Notes under the pieces: model-generated | What the model was told of the DNA's origin: nothing | Database searches by the model: none | The model's input: only the letters and a program-made list of their open reading frames with translations | NCBI GenBank assembly: GCA_041690135.1 | Contig: JAWLHY010000017.1 | Location: 115,587-179,586, forward strand | Direction: 5' to 3' | DNA length: 64,000 nucleotides | DNA from: Armatimonadota bacterium | GTDB lineage: Bacteria; Armatimonadota; SYMT01 | In this document: positions 22,151-33,600 of the stretch, piece by piece | How the letters are laid out: each line of letters begins with the position of its first letter | Numbering within the stretch: position 1 is the stretch's first letter | Position numbers and translations under genes: made by a program

Positions 22151-23530
22151 TTAGAACACCGGTATGGGACGACCGGAATTCTGAATAGGCATCGGGCGGC
22201 CCTCGCGGCTCTGGATCATGCCTTCGGGATCGATGCCCACGGCGTGGTAGACGGTCGCGGCGGCATCCGCGGGTGAGAAGGTGGGGGTAGTGCACTCGCC
22301 GCCGATGGCGTCGGTTTCGCCCAGGACCTGGCCGCCCCGTACGCCGCCGCCCGCGTAGAAGATGGAGCCGGCTTTGCCCCAGTGGTCGCGACCGCCGTTC
22401 TTGTTGATCTTGGGGGTGCGTCCGAACTCGGTGAGGTACACGACGAGGGTGCGCTTCAGCAGACCCCGCTGGTCCATGTCGTCGAGGAGCGCGGAAAAAG
22501 ACTGGTCCACCGCGGGCAGGTGGTACGGCTCCTTGACCATTTTGGAGATGTGCGGCTGGTTCTGCACCGGAGCGCAGTGGTTGTCCCACAGGTTGTTGTA
22601 ATCGCCCCAGTCGTAGCCGTAATCGACCATCACGAACCGCGCCCCCGCCTCGATCAGGCGGCGGGCCAGCAGCACCCGCTGGCCGAGCTTGCTCATCCCG
22701 TAACGCTCGCGGATGCGGGTGGGCTCCCGGTGCAGGTCGAAGGCGCTTCGGACCTGGGGGGAGATCAGCAAGTCGACGGCGCGCCCGTAGAGTGCCTGGA
22801 GATCTTCGAACCCGGCGACTTCCGCGGCGCGCAGCCGGTCTTCCACGCTCTCCCGCAGGGCGCGGCGGCGGGCGAACCGTTCCGGAGTAACCCCCTCCGG
22901 AAGAGCGATATCTTGAACCGTGAAGTCTTGTTTGCGGGGCTCGCCCCCGGTGCCGAAGGGGGCATACTTTTGCCCCAGCCAGGCCGGGACGAACATGTTG
23001 GTATTGGGCGGGCCCGGCTGGGTGGTTCCGGGGACGGCGATGTAGCCCGGCAGTCCGCCCGTGGCGCCCAACTGCTGGTGGACGATGCAGCCGAAGTTCG
23101 GCTCACTGAGGATGCCGCCCGGCACGGCGTTGCGACCCGAAAGCGCATACGCCTGCCCGAGGAAGTGGTCGTCGGTTCCGGCGGCGAAGCTGCGGATCAG
23201 GGCGATCCGGTGCATCTGCTTCGCCATCAGCGGCATGACTTCTGCGAACCGAACGCCGGAGACATTGGTCTCGATGGCGCCGATCTCCCCACGGACTTCG
23301 CGCGGCGCGTCTGGCTTGGGATCGAACGACTCGTGGTGCGTCACCCCGCCCGGCAGCCAGAGGAACAGGACCGAATCCGCGGTGGCCGTACGCCCAGGTG
23401 CGGCCGCTTCCAACGAGCGGCGCCCGAACAACTCGCAGGCGGCGCCGGCGAGCGTTACGCCTCCGAAGCGGAGGAAGTTGCGGCGGTCGGGCCGGGGCAG
23501 GAAATGGCGTCGGGGCGGCTGCGGATCCAT
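22151..23530 (-). CDS. DUF1501 family protein
   Basis: RRNFL, SV.FLWL.GG..H.ESFDPKP, RERYG, LARRLIEAGARFV, WDNH, EFGRTPKIN..GGRDHW. Confidence 0.92.
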   Translation of the reverse strand: MDPQPPRRHFLPRPDRRNFLRFGGVTLAGAACELFGRRSLEAAAPGRTATADSVLFLWLPGGVTHHESFDPKPDAPREVRGEIGAIETNVSGVRFAEVMPLMAKQMHRIALIRSFAAGTDDHFLGQAYALSGRNAVPGGILSEPNFGCIVHQQLGATGGLPGYIAVPGTTQPGPPNTNMFVPAWLGQKYAPFGTGGEPRKQDFTVQDIALPEGVTPERFARRRALRESVEDRLRAAEVAGFEDLQALYGRAVDLLISPQVRSAFDLHREPTRIRERYGMSKLGQRVLLARRLIEAGARFVMVDYGYDWGDYNNLWDNHCAPVQNQPHISKMVKEPYHLPAVDQSFSALLDDMDQRGLLKRTLVVYLTEFGRTPKINKNGGRDHWGKAGSIFYAGGGVRGGQVLGETDAIGGECTTPTFSPADAAATVYHAVGIDPEGMIQSREGRPMPIQNSGRPIPVF

Positions 23531-23616
23531 CAAATACCTCAAGCAGCAGAAAGTCTCCGCATGTTAGGAGTGCGCCCGCGGCCCTCGGTTGCAGGCTTGT
23601 CACGGAAGGACGGCGT

Positions 23617-24507
23617 TCAACATGCCGCGGAAGCATACTCGCGCGGGATCTTCACGCCCACCGTTCCGGAACCGAAGTAGCCGATGGAGATCCGCATGAC
23701 GTGGGTGAGGAGATCGTAGGCACGCCAGCGGTTCCAGCCGTATTCCTCCTCCAGCCAGAGGATCAGGTAGGAAGTAGCCTGGGCGATCGCGCGCTCGAGA
23801 CTCCCCGCGGTAGCCACCGCGACCAGTTCGTCCGCGGTGACGATCCGCGGGGCCGGCACCGACTTCCCCTTGAGGAGATCCACGGTGATCCGCGTTTCCG
23901 CGGCCATTTCCAACCCGGTGGCCGAGAGCTCCCCATGGCCCATCGCCGCGTGGGCATCGCCCAGGTAGAGGTAAGCACCCTCGATGAACACCGGCAGCAG
24001 GACCTGGCAGCCCGGCGCTACTTCCACCAGGTCCAGATTGCCGCCGTACGGCCCGGCCGGTCCGGTGGTTGGGACGCCCCAGTGGGGTGTCGTGCCGATA
24101 CAGCCCAACATGGGAGCGTAGGGAAGGGTGAGTGTTTCGCTCCAGTGGATCCGGCCATCGCGGATCGGGCAGACGTGCGCACCGTGGGGCACGTCGCCGC
24201 CGAGCCATTCCCCCAGAGCACGGGGTGGGGCAGTGTAGGTCGAGCAGAGGCCCAGGGTGGGGCGGATCTCCTCAATGCGCACGAGGAGCGTATCCCCCGG
24301 CTCCGCACCCCGGACGGCGATCGGGCCGGCAACCGGGTTGCTGTAGGGCATGGTGGTCTTGTCACGGCGATCGCCGGCCGTGCGGATCTGGCCGGAGAGA
24401 GCATCTTCCGACTCGACCAGGAGGGTTTCGCCCGGGTCCACCGTGGCGCGCAGCGCCAGGTGGCGGCTGAACTCGTAGATCAAGGGGTAAGCGGATACCT
24501 TTTGCAT
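23617..24507 (-). CDS. Acetamidase/formamidase family protein
   Basis: NPV.GPI.V.GAEPGD.L.V.I, PM.G.IG, GGNLD, LPV...GA.L.LGD.HA.MG.GE...TG.E. Confidence 0.9.
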   Translation of the reverse strand: MQKVSAYPLIYEFSRHLALRATVDPGETLLVESEDALSGQIRTAGDRRDKTTMPYSNPVAGPIAVRGAEPGDTLLVRIEEIRPTLGLCSTYTAPPRALGEWLGGDVPHGAHVCPIRDGRIHWSETLTLPYAPMLGCIGTTPHWGVPTTGPAGPYGGNLDLVEVAPGCQVLLPVFIEGAYLYLGDAHAAMGHGELSATGLEMAAETRITVDLLKGKSVPAPRIVTADELVAVATAGSLERAIAQATSYLILWLEEEYGWNRWRAYDLLTHVMRISIGYFGSGTVGVKIPREYASAAC

Positions 24508-24642
24508 CGCGTTGATTCAGAAGGTGGCGGCAGTCGATATGGGGAAGGGTGTCTTGCGTCCGATCCGGATCATCTCGGCCGCACTCTCACCTCCCGAAGA
24601 CTTTCCGCCTGATCGCCAGGCCCTCCTGCCGCCATCAACCTC

Positions 24643-26055
24643 ATGTCATCGCACTCTTCCGACGCCCACCCTGCCGGCCCCCTGGAATTCGGCGACGAGT
24701 TTCCGAAGCGCCCTACCACCGTCCGTTACTGGATCCTTTTCGGTCTCGCGTGTGCCGCCACCATCGCTTACCTCTCCCGGGTCTGTCTATCAACCGCTAA
24801 CACTACCATTCAGCGGGAGTTCGGCTTCAACGACGTGATGATGGGCCAAATCCTGGCGGCGTTCTCCGTCGGTTACTTCTGGTTTCAGGTCCCCGGCGGC
24901 GCGCTGGGGAACCGGTTCGGATGTCGAAACGTGCTCCCGTTGATCTGCATCTGGTGGTCGCTCTGCGCCGGATGGACCGGTTTGGCCGCCACGGCCGGAT
25001 CGTTCTGGTGGTCGCGGATGATCTCCGGTATCGCCCAGGCGGGTCTCGTTCCGGTCTCCGCGAAAGGGGTCCTCGACTGGTTTCCGCAGCGGCAGCGAGG
25101 GGTCGCCAGCTCCATGATGGCCACGGCCATGTCCGTGGGGGCGGTGATCGCCAGCGGTCTCACGGCGCTGCTGATGCCGGTCCTGGGATGGCGCGGCGTG
25201 TTCTGGCTGTACGCCACCATTGGGGTCATCTGGTCGGTGCTGTTCTATATCGGGTTCCGCAACCGTCCGGAAGATCACCCGCGGGTTAATCCGGGTGAGT
25301 TGCGTGATATCCGAGGCGAGGGTGCCCCGGCCATCGAAAAACCCGTAACGTCCGGTCCAGAGAGGGTAGACCAGGCGGTTGCCTCCACTCCTGCAGAGCC
25401 GGCGGAAAAAGTAGGACGCGGCAGTGTCGCGGTCGCGATGCTAACCAGTTCGAGTATGTGGTTGATCTGCATTCAGGCGTTCTTCCGGGCGTTTGGGGCT
25501 GCCTTTTTCATCACCTGGTTCCCCGCCTACCTGGAGCAGGCGCGGGGCGTCAACGTAAAGGCGGCCGGATTCCTGGCCATGGCCCCGTTGACGGGCACCG
25601 TCCTCGGAAATCTCGCGGGGGGCGTCATCGTAGACCGTCTGCTCTCGCTGACGGGCAGTAAGCGCGCCAGCCGGAGTGGTACTTCCCTGGTGGCACTCTC
25701 CGCCTGCGCCGTCCTCATCCTGTCGGCGTCCTGGATACCCAACGCGGGAGTCTGCGTCGCCCTCCTCGCGATTGGCTCTTTCTTTGGCGGTGTGGGATCT
25801 CCGGCGACCTGGGCCTGCACGATGGATATCAGCGGCAAGCACACGTCGATCGTCTTTGCCTTGATGAATATGACCGGCAACATCGGCGCGCTGGTCTGTC
25901 CACTGGTCGTGGGTTATCAGATCGATTGGATCAAGCGCACCGGGGGCGACTGGAACACGGTTCTCTACCTGTTCGTGGGTATCTATGTGCTGGGGGCCCT
26001 TTGCTGGGCCTTCCTCGACCCCAACCGGTCCGCCGTCACTCGCTCCGCTTCGTGA
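24643..26055 (+). CDS. MFS transporter (anion:cation symporter, sugar-acid type)
   Basis: About 12 TMs; Y..FQVPGG, WFP..QRG.A, GWR.VF, FRNRPEDHP.VN..E, TWFP.YL, MN..GN.G. Confidence 0.9.
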   Translation: MSSHSSDAHPAGPLEFGDEFPKRPTTVRYWILFGLACAATIAYLSRVCLSTANTTIQREFGFNDVMMGQILAAFSVGYFWFQVPGGALGNRFGCRNVLPLICIWWSLCAGWTGLAATAGSFWWSRMISGIAQAGLVPVSAKGVLDWFPQRQRGVASSMMATAMSVGAVIASGLTALLMPVLGWRGVFWLYATIGVIWSVLFYIGFRNRPEDHPRVNPGELRDIRGEGAPAIEKPVTSGPERVDQAVASTPAEPAEKVGRGSVAVAMLTSSSMWLICIQAFFRAFGAAFFITWFPAYLEQARGVNVKAAGFLAMAPLTGTVLGNLAGGVIVDRLLSLTGSKRASRSGTSLVALSACAVLILSASWIPNAGVCVALLAIGSFFGGVGSPATWACTMDISGKHTSIVFALMNMTGNIGALVCPLVVGYQIDWIKRTGGDWNTVLYLFVGIYVLGALCWAFLDPNRSAVTRSAS

Positions 26056-26158
26056 GGGGTGATCCGCGAATTGGGCGAATGAAGCGAATTGGAAGGCGGG
26101 CGGCGGCTCTCGATCACGGCGTGATGGGAATAGCAACCAGGCGTCCACCCCCAGTTCA

Positions 26159-26187
26159 ACGGTAGCCCTACGGCACAGGGCTACCGT
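26159..26187. terminator. Hairpin downstream of the MFS gene (terminator or REP-like)
   Basis: 11-bp inverted repeat acggtagccct/agggctaccgt; no clear U-tract. Confidence 0.4.
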
Positions 26188-26238
26188 CCTCCACATACCT
26201 TCATTGGCCTCTCAACGGATAGGAATCCGGCCCAGTTG

Positions 26239-26266
26239 TATCGAATTCCGATAGCGAAGGGCGATA
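26239..26266. promoter_or_regulatory. Putative PadR operator (tandem TATCG-N5-CGATA)
   Basis: tatcgaattccgata overlapping tagcgaagggcgata with 13-bp period; same layout at 27294. Confidence 0.55.
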
Positions 26267-26449
26267 GTATCCGGTGAGAGCAATGTCCGGGCCAATTCAG
26301 GGGTGTGCTGGACTAGGGAGGGCGCGGGCTACCCTGTCCATGGAAGCCTGCGATGCTGCGAACTGCCGGATTGCGTTCGCCCCCAGCGTGGGGGTGTGCG
26401 AGGGCAATGTCGCCATCCGCCGACTGGCCCCCACGGAATAAGGGGACCC

Positions 26450-26749
26450 ATGATGAACGGCAAGAGCACCTGTGTAGGCCTATCGATGCTCCTGTGCGTG
26501 TGTGCCCTGGGACAGTTCGCGGAAGCGGCGGGGAAGGCTTCCTCCCGTGCGCACGTCTCGAACCTGCGCGCTACGGTTACCCGGACCTATGCGGGGACTG
26601 ACAGTATCGTGGTGCAGGATCGCACCGGTTTCGAATTCCTCATCCGACTCAAGGATGTTGAGGTCACCTCCCTAAGCCGCCGGGTGCCTGCCAGGGGTCT
26701 GCAGAGCGGCGACGTGGTGGTGGTTCGCGGAGAGGTCGAACCTTTCTGA
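26450..26749 (+). CDS. Small exported OB-fold-like protein (DUF5666-like)
   Basis: AGGGG RBS, signal peptide ending AEA, L..GD.V.V.G pattern. Confidence 0.55.
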   Translation: MMNGKSTCVGLSMLLCVCALGQFAEAAGKASSRAHVSNLRATVTRTYAGTDSIVVQDRTGFEFLIRLKDVEVTSLSRRVPARGLQSGDVVVVRGEVEPF

Positions 26750-26805
26750 GAACCTGGGGCTCCCGAGACGTCTAGAGGTGACGGGAAAGGACGTGTGATT
26801 CGACG

Positions 26806-27153
26806 CTAGCCCGTCTCCCCGGCGGGCTGCGGCTGGTGGAGGGGCTCCTCGTTGAAGACCTCTCCCACCAGCGTGCGAATTTGGGGCTGGAGGCGGTCCA
26901 ACGCCTCGCGACCGGCGGGAGTGATCCGGTAGTATTTGCGGATCTTGCCGTTCACGCTTTCGCGCTTGCTGGTGAGATAGCCTGCCCGTTCCAATCCGTG
27001 AAAGATGGGATAGAGGGTGCCCGGCCCGATCTCATAGCCGTGGCGTCCCGACTCCTCGATCATTTCCAGCCCATACACGGGCCCTCGCTTCGCGTGGCGG
27101 AGAATGTGGACCCGCATGAAGGCCAGGAATATGTCTCGGGATAGATCCTGCAT
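26806..27153 (-). CDS. PadR family transcriptional regulator
   Basis: HIL.HA....YG..M.E...HGY.I.PGTLYP..H.LE..GYL, RKYY.IT..G; start at ATG 27153. Confidence 0.9.
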   Translation of the reverse strand: MQDLSRDIFLAFMRVHILRHAKRGPVYGLEMIEESGRHGYEIGPGTLYPIFHGLERAGYLTSKRESVNGKIRKYYRITPAGREALDRLQPQIRTLVGEVFNEEPLHQPQPAGETG

Positions 27154-27293
27154 AGAGATCGCCTTCTGCAACCTACACCGCGCCACCAGGCTCACCTTCC
27201 GGCTCGCCGGTCCCCCCGCACCAGAACAAGTGCAGTCAGAGTAAAAGAGGCGCGGCTGACTTCCAACCGACTCCAGAATTTCGTTTCGACGTG

Positions 27294-27321
27294 TATCGAA
27301 CTGTGATATTGGAATTCGATA
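27294..27321. promoter_or_regulatory. Putative PadR operator in the divergent padR/RND spacer
   Basis: tatcgaactgtgata + tattggaattcgata (13-bp period), bounded by the palindrome gtatcgaa...ttcgatac. Confidence 0.6.
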
Positions 27322-27501
27322 CCACCAGCGTCCCACCAACAGTTCGAAAAGGCCTACCCAGCCTTCCCCGCACAGTTTAGCCTCTGGCACGCCGTCGCGT
27401 GTGGCTTCCCACCCCACTCAGCCCGGTCTGAAGGCCGGATTTATGGAGAATTTAAGCCAGGCCGCTCGCTGCCGGCTTTGGTTTGCCCGGACTCGATTCT
27501 C

Positions 27502-29304
27502 ATGTACAACAAAGAACTTCTTCGCAAGGCCATGGGCCGCTACGCGCGGTACGGCTGGCTGGCCGTGGCACCCGGACTGGCCTCCGCCCTTTCCGGGTGT
27601 GGCGCCGGACACGCGAAAGCCAAGACCCCAGCGCCTGCCACCGGACTGGTGACGGTGGGAGTGGTCACCCCGGTACAGGGCGACGTGGCCCAGACGATCA
27701 CCCAACCCGCGACGATCCAGGGCATCGATGAGGCCGTGATCCACGCGAAGACCTCGGGATACCTGAAGGAGATCCGGGTGGACAAGGGGGACCGGGTGAA
27801 GGCGGGTCAACTTCTGGCCTTGATCGACAGTCCGGAGCTAGCCCACCAGACCCAACAGGCGCGGGCGACCTACGAACAGAGCGTGGTGGCGATCCAGGGG
27901 GCCGTGGCTACCCGGGGCCAGGCCGAGGCCGAGGTCCGGGAGGCTGCGACGGTCGTTCAGCGGTATGAGGCGGATGCCCGCCAGGCGGAAGCTGCCGTGG
28001 TGCGGGCGCGCGCGGAAGCGGCCCGCGTCGAGAGCCGGCAGGGCAAGCTGCAGGCGGAGATCGCCGAAGCGGACGCCAACGTGCAGCAGGCGATGGAACA
28101 GCAGGCCCAGGCCCAGGCGGAAGTCGGCCGGGTGCAACAGCAGATCCGCTCCGCGCAGGCCGCGCTCAAGTCCGCGCAGTCGGCCCTGACCAAAGCGGAA
28201 GCCGAGGCCCGGCTCCAGCAGTTGACCTATAACCGACTGAAGGCGATCCAGGACAAGGACGCCGGATTGGTTCCCGCCCAGGACGTGGACGTAGCGAAGG
28301 CCCGGATGGAAGCGTCGCGGAGTGAGGTGGAGGCGCGGATGAACCGGGTGGAGGCTTCTCGCGGCGATCTGGCCGCGGTGGAGCAGCAGTTGGAGGCCGC
28401 CCGCCGGCAGGTTAGCGCCTTGGGACGCAAGGTGGAAGCGGTGCGGAACCGGGCGAAGGCGACGCGGGAAGAAGTGCAGATCCTTCGCAAGGAGATCGAG
28501 GCGGCCCGCGCCCAGGTCGCCGTGGCCGAAGCGCAGCAGGAGTCGGCCCGGAAACAGGTCGCCGTGGCCGAAGCGCAGCGCCAGTCGGTGGCGGAGCAGG
28601 TGCCGGTCACCGCGGCGCAGGTGAATGCCGCCCGGAAGCAGTCCCAGGGCACTCGCAGCGCGCTAGATGCCTCCCGCTCCCTCGCGGACTATATCCGGGT
28701 GACGGCGCCGTTTGACGGGGTGGTCACGGAACGGATGGCGGACCCCGGCGCCTTCGTCCAGAGCGCGGCATCCAACCAGGCCTCCGCCCGAGGCCTGGTG
28801 CGGCTGGTCCGCGACCGGACGCTGCGGGTGCTGGTGCCGGTGCCGGAAACGGACAGTCCGCAGGTGCGGCGCGGGCAGCCCGCGACGATCGCCGTGGACG
28901 CCTATCCCGGCAAGGAGTTCCGGGGGACGGTGACCCGCTTCGCCACCGCAGTCGATCCCAGGTCGCGAACGATGACCACGGAGATCGACATCCCCAACCC
29001 GGACGGGCGGCTGCGCCCCGGAATGTACGCGCGGGTGACGCTGACGTTGACGGTCCATCGCGGCGCCCTCTCGATTCCCAGCGAGGCGGTGATGGGGCCC
29101 GAGGATAAGCGGTTCGTCTATACGGTGAAGGACGGGCAGGCCCAACGTACCCTGGTGACGGTGGGGGTGGACAACGGCAAGACGGCCCAGATCACCACCG
29201 GCCTGGCCGCGGACGATCAGGTGGTGGTGGTGGGCCGCGACACCCTGGTGGATGGGGTGAAGGTCAAGTCCGAGCCGGTGAAGTCGGAGCCCGCAAAACG
29301 ATGA
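27502..29304 (+). CDS. RND efflux periplasmic adaptor (MFP) with very long coiled coil; lipoprotein
   Basis: LSGC lipobox; AKTSGYL..I.VD.GD.VK.GQ.LA.I and APFDGVV lipoyl halves; DP.SRT, LRPGMY; start may be 27532. Confidence 0.9.
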   Translation: MYNKELLRKAMGRYARYGWLAVAPGLASALSGCGAGHAKAKTPAPATGLVTVGVVTPVQGDVAQTITQPATIQGIDEAVIHAKTSGYLKEIRVDKGDRVKAGQLLALIDSPELAHQTQQARATYEQSVVAIQGAVATRGQAEAEVREAATVVQRYEADARQAEAAVVRARAEAARVESRQGKLQAEIAEADANVQQAMEQQAQAQAEVGRVQQQIRSAQAALKSAQSALTKAEAEARLQQLTYNRLKAIQDKDAGLVPAQDVDVAKARMEASRSEVEARMNRVEASRGDLAAVEQQLEAARRQVSALGRKVEAVRNRAKATREEVQILRKEIEAARAQVAVAEAQQESARKQVAVAEAQRQSVAEQVPVTAAQVNAARKQSQGTRSALDASRSLADYIRVTAPFDGVVTERMADPGAFVQSAASNQASARGLVRLVRDRTLRVLVPVPETDSPQVRRGQPATIAVDAYPGKEFRGTVTRFATAVDPRSRTMTTEIDIPNPDGRLRPGMYARVTLTLTVHRGALSIPSEAVMGPEDKRFVYTVKDGQAQRTLVTVGVDNGKTAQITTGLAADDQVVVVGRDTLVDGVKVKSEPVKSEPAKR

Positions 29305-30662
29305 GGCGCCGCACCAACACTCCCTGGATTGCGGGACTGGCTCTCCTCGCGACTGTTACTCTACCCCCGGCACTTGCCGCGCAGGAGGCGCCGGGTGCGG
29401 CGAGCCTCGATCTGTCGTCCGCGGTGGAGACGGCTCTTCGGCGGCGCCCCCTGCTGGAAGCCGACAGCGAGCGGATCGCCGCCGAGCGGGCGCGGGTCAC
29501 GCAGGCCCAGGCGGCGCTACGGCCCCGCGTCGACCTGCAGGCAAACGCCAGCGAGGGGTTGCCGGGCGCCCCGCAGATCTTCATCGGCGGCCTCGCGGGC
29601 TCCCCGTTCAAACAGTACGTGGGCGGGAGCGTGACCGTGGTCCAGACCCTGCTGGACTTCGGGCGGACCCGCAGCAACGTCCGCTCCCGCCGGGCCAACG
29701 TGCAGGCCAGCGAGGAAGTACTGCAGGCCGATCGGAACCGGGTGGTCCTGGAGGTCCAGCGGGCCTACCTGCAGGCGCTGCAGGCGCGAAGGCTGGTGGG
29801 GGTGAACCGCCAGATCCTGGAGCAGCGCCGGCTGGTGGCCCGGCAGACCCGCACGCTCATGGAGAACGGGATGGCTTCCCGGGTCGACGTAGACCTGGTG
29901 GAACTGAACGTCTCGCAGGGCGAGCTGGCGCTGGTGCGGGCCGAGAACGAGCTGGCGGAAGCCTACGCCAGCCTGAGTGCCGCCATGGGCACGCCGGTGG
30001 GCTCCGGCACGACCCTTCAGGAGGTGGTTGTGGAGCGGCCCGCGGCCGGTACCCCGGAGGCGGCACCGAACCCTCCGCTGGATGAGACCCTCGCCGTTGC
30101 CCTGCGCAGCCGCCCGGAGCTCCGCCAGGCGGAAGCGCAGGCCCAGTCCTTCGACCACCAGGCCGAAGCCGCGCGCGCCTCGAAGCGGCCGCTGCTCAAC
30201 TTCATCGGCAGCGTCGGCAAGGTGAACCCCGGGCCGCTCATCGAGGATTCCGACAAGCCGTACGCGGTGTCGCTGGTGCTTACGGCGCCGCTGTTTACGG
30301 GCGGCCTGATTGAGGCGCAGGTCGAGGAGGCGCGCCGGAGTGCCGCCGCCCTGCGCAGCGGCCGGAGTGAGCTGGAGAACCAGGTCCGGCAGCAAGTGGT
30401 GAGCACCCTGGCGAACCTGCGCGCGGCCGAGGAGAGCGTGCGCGTGGCGCAGGCCCAGCAGGCGACCGCGCAGGACGCCCTGTCCCTGGCGACCCAGCGG
30501 TACCAGGCCCAGCTTGGCTCCGTGGTGGAGCTCTCCCAGGCCCAGGTGGCCTACGCCCTCGCGCAGAATGACCTGGTCCGCGCGCAGTACAACCGGGAAC
30601 TGGCCCGCGCCGCCCTGGACTTCGCGACCGGCCGTGACTACGGAAAGCCCTCCCAGCCGTGA
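29301..30662 (+). CDS. TolC-family outer-membrane factor
   Basis: Signal peptide; two OEP repeats (P..DL...Q.LLDFG; RPEL...PLFTGG; RY...L.S..EL..AQ); overlaps both neighbours by 4 nt. Confidence 0.9.
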   Translation: MRRRTNTPWIAGLALLATVTLPPALAAQEAPGAASLDLSSAVETALRRRPLLEADSERIAAERARVTQAQAALRPRVDLQANASEGLPGAPQIFIGGLAGSPFKQYVGGSVTVVQTLLDFGRTRSNVRSRRANVQASEEVLQADRNRVVLEVQRAYLQALQARRLVGVNRQILEQRRLVARQTRTLMENGMASRVDVDLVELNVSQGELALVRAENELAEAYASLSAAMGTPVGSGTTLQEVVVERPAAGTPEAAPNPPLDETLAVALRSRPELRQAEAQAQSFDHQAEAARASKRPLLNFIGSVGKVNPGPLIEDSDKPYAVSLVLTAPLFTGGLIEAQVEEARRSAAALRSGRSELENQVRQQVVSTLANLRAAEESVRVAQAQQATAQDALSLATQRYQAQLGSVVELSQAQVAYALAQNDLVRAQYNRELARAALDFATGRDYGKPSQP

Positions 30663-33600
30663 ACCTCGTCGCTGGCGCAATGCGCCGTCCCATTACTGTT
30701 CTCGTGCTCATTCTGGCCCTGGCCCTGGGCGCCGGCCTCGCCGTGCAGCGGATGCGCGTCGACATCCTGCCCGAGCTGGGGACGCCGATCATCTACGTGG
30801 CCCAGCCGTACGGCGGGATGGACCCGGGCCAGATGGAGGCGTTCGTTACCTCCTACTACGAGTACCACTTCCTGTACGCGACCGGGATCGAGCACGTCGA
30901 GTCGAAGTCGATCCAGGGGGTCTCGCTCATCAAGCTGTTCTTCCACCCGGGAACGAACATGAGCCAGGCGCTCGCGGAGATCATCGCTTACGTCAACCGC
31001 TCCCGCGCCTTCATGCCGCCGGGGACCGTCCCGCCGTTCGTGATGCGCTTCGACGCGGGGTCCGTGCCCGTGGGCAACCTTGTCTTCTCCAGCGAAACGC
31101 GGAGCCTGGGCGAGATCGCGGACCTGGCACTCTTCAAGGTCCGGCCGCAGTTCTCCACGCTGCCGGGCGTTTCCGCCCCTCCTCCGTTCGGCGGGCAGAT
31201 CCGCACAATGGTGGTGCGAGTGGACCCGGAGAAGCTGCGGTCGTACAACGTCTCGCCGGATGAAGTGGTGCGCGCGGTTGCGGCCTCCAACACCATTTCT
31301 CCTTCGGGCGCCATCCGCATCGGGGACCGGATGCCGATGGTCCCGGTGAACTCCATCGTTCCCGCCATCAAAGAGCTGGAAGGACTGCCGATCCGGGCGG
31401 GCGCGAACCCCGTATTCCTACGCGACGTGGGGGACCTGAAGGACACCTCCGACGTCCCGACCAGCTACGCGCTGGTGAACGGCCGGCGTACCGTTTACAT
31501 CCCCGTGACGAAGCGCGCGGATGCCTCGACCCTCTCCGTGGTGAGCGAGGTGAAGGCGAACCTGGCGCGCTTCCAGAGCATGGTGCCGGAAGACATCCGC
31601 GTCAGCTACGAGTTCGATCAGTCTCCCTACGTGATCCGGGCGATCGAGGGCCTGGGTATGGAGGGCCTGCTCGGAGCGCTGCTGACCGGCCTGATGGTGC
31701 TGCTGTTCCTCCGGGACTGGCGCAGCGCCCTGGTGGTGGTCCTGAACATCCCGCTGGCGCTGCTGGCCGCCGTGATCGGCCTGTGGGCCACCGGGCAGAC
31801 GGTCAACATCATGACCCTCGGCGGCATGGCGCTGGCGGTCGGGATCCTGGTGGATGAAGCCACGGTTTCGATCGAGAACATCCACACGCACCTCGCCCGG
31901 GGCAAACCGATGGCGCGGGCGGTGATGGATGCCAGCCAGGAGACCCAGGTGCCGCGGCTGCTGGCCATGCTGTGCGTGCTGGCGGTGTTCCTGCCCTCTT
32001 TTGCGATGGTGGGCGTGGCGCGGGCGCTGTTCGTGCCCCTCTCGCTCTCCGTCGGCTTCGCGATGGCGGCGTCGTATGTCCTCTCCTCGACCTTCGTTCC
32101 CGTGCTGTCGACCTGGATCCTGAAGCACCACGGCCACGCGGCCCCGGCCAAGCCGTCCCGCTGGTCGATGGCCCGGCTGCAGGAAGACTACCGGAACGGG
32201 ATGTCCGGCGCGCTCCGATATCGGCCGATGATCGTGCTGGGGTACCTGGGGCTTTCCGGGCTGATCCTGGTAGCGGTGGCGCCCCAGCTCGGGGTGGAGA
32301 TCTTCCCCAGCGTCGATACCGGCCGTCTGCGCATCCGCATGAAGGCGCCGACCGGCACCCGCATCGAGAAGACGGAAGATTACCTGCTCCGGACCCTGGA
32401 CGTGATCAAGGGGCACGTGGGCGAGAAGAACGTCACCGGAAGTCTCGCCTTCCTCGGCGTGCAGCCCTCCGCCTTCCCCATCAACGTGATCCATCTCTGG
32501 ACCGCGGGGCCGGAGGATGCCGTCGTGCAGGTGCAGCTCAACGAGCATGCCCACTTCCCCGGAGAGGAACTGCGAGAGGCGCTGCGCGAGAAGCTGCGGG
32601 CGGAGATGCCGGAGGTGCAATACTCCTTCGAGCCGGCTGATATCGTGGGGCAGGTGATGAGCTTCGGCTCGCCGACGCCGATCGAGGTGGCCGTCTCCGG
32701 TCCGTCGCTGGCCGAGGACCGGGAGCACGCGGAAAAGATCCGGGCGGCCCTGGCGGAGATCCCGTCGCTGCGGGATCTGCAGTTCGGGCAGTCGCTCGAT
32801 TACCCTACGTTGGCGGTGAACATCGATCGGGAGCGGGCCGCCATGATCGGCCTGACCACCCAGGACATCGCGCGGTCCCTGGTAGCGGCCACCTCCTCCA
32901 GCCGCTTTACGGAGCCGAACTTCTGGCGTGATCCGAACAGCGGGGTCGCCTATCAGGTCCAGGTCCAGGTACCGACCGACCGCATGAATTCGGTGGACGA
33001 GATCCGCAACCTTCCCGTCAGCCGGGGTGGGGACCAGCAGGTCCTGCTGAGGAGCGTGGCGAAGGTCACCGGCAGCACCGCGGTGGCGGAGTACGACCGC
33101 TACAACATGCAGCGGATGGTGACCCTCACCGCTAACGTTGTGGGGGAGGACCTGGGGCGGGTATCGCGGAAGATCCAGGCCGCCCTGGAGAAGGCCGGCG
33201 AGCCGCCGAAGCGGGTGAAGGTGGCCGTCCGGGGCCAGATCGCGCCGCTGGAGCGTCTCCAGGCCGGGCTGCAGACAGGTCTGGTGATGGCCGTGGTCGT
33301 GATCTTCCTGCTGCTGGCGGCGAACTTCCAATCGCTGCGCCTGGCGCTCGTGGCGATCTCGACCGTTCCCGCCGTGCTGTGTGGGGTGGTGGTAGGCCTC
33401 TGGTTGACCGGCACCACGCTGAACATCCAGTCGTTCATGGGCGCCATTATGGCGATTGGCGTGGCGGTGGCCAACGCCATCCTGCTGGTCACCTTCGCGG
33501 AACGGGCGCGGGTTGGCGGTCTCCACGCCACCGAAGCCGCCGCGGAAGGGGCGGCGTCCCGGCTGCGGCCGATCGTGATGACCAGTGCCGCGATGATCGC

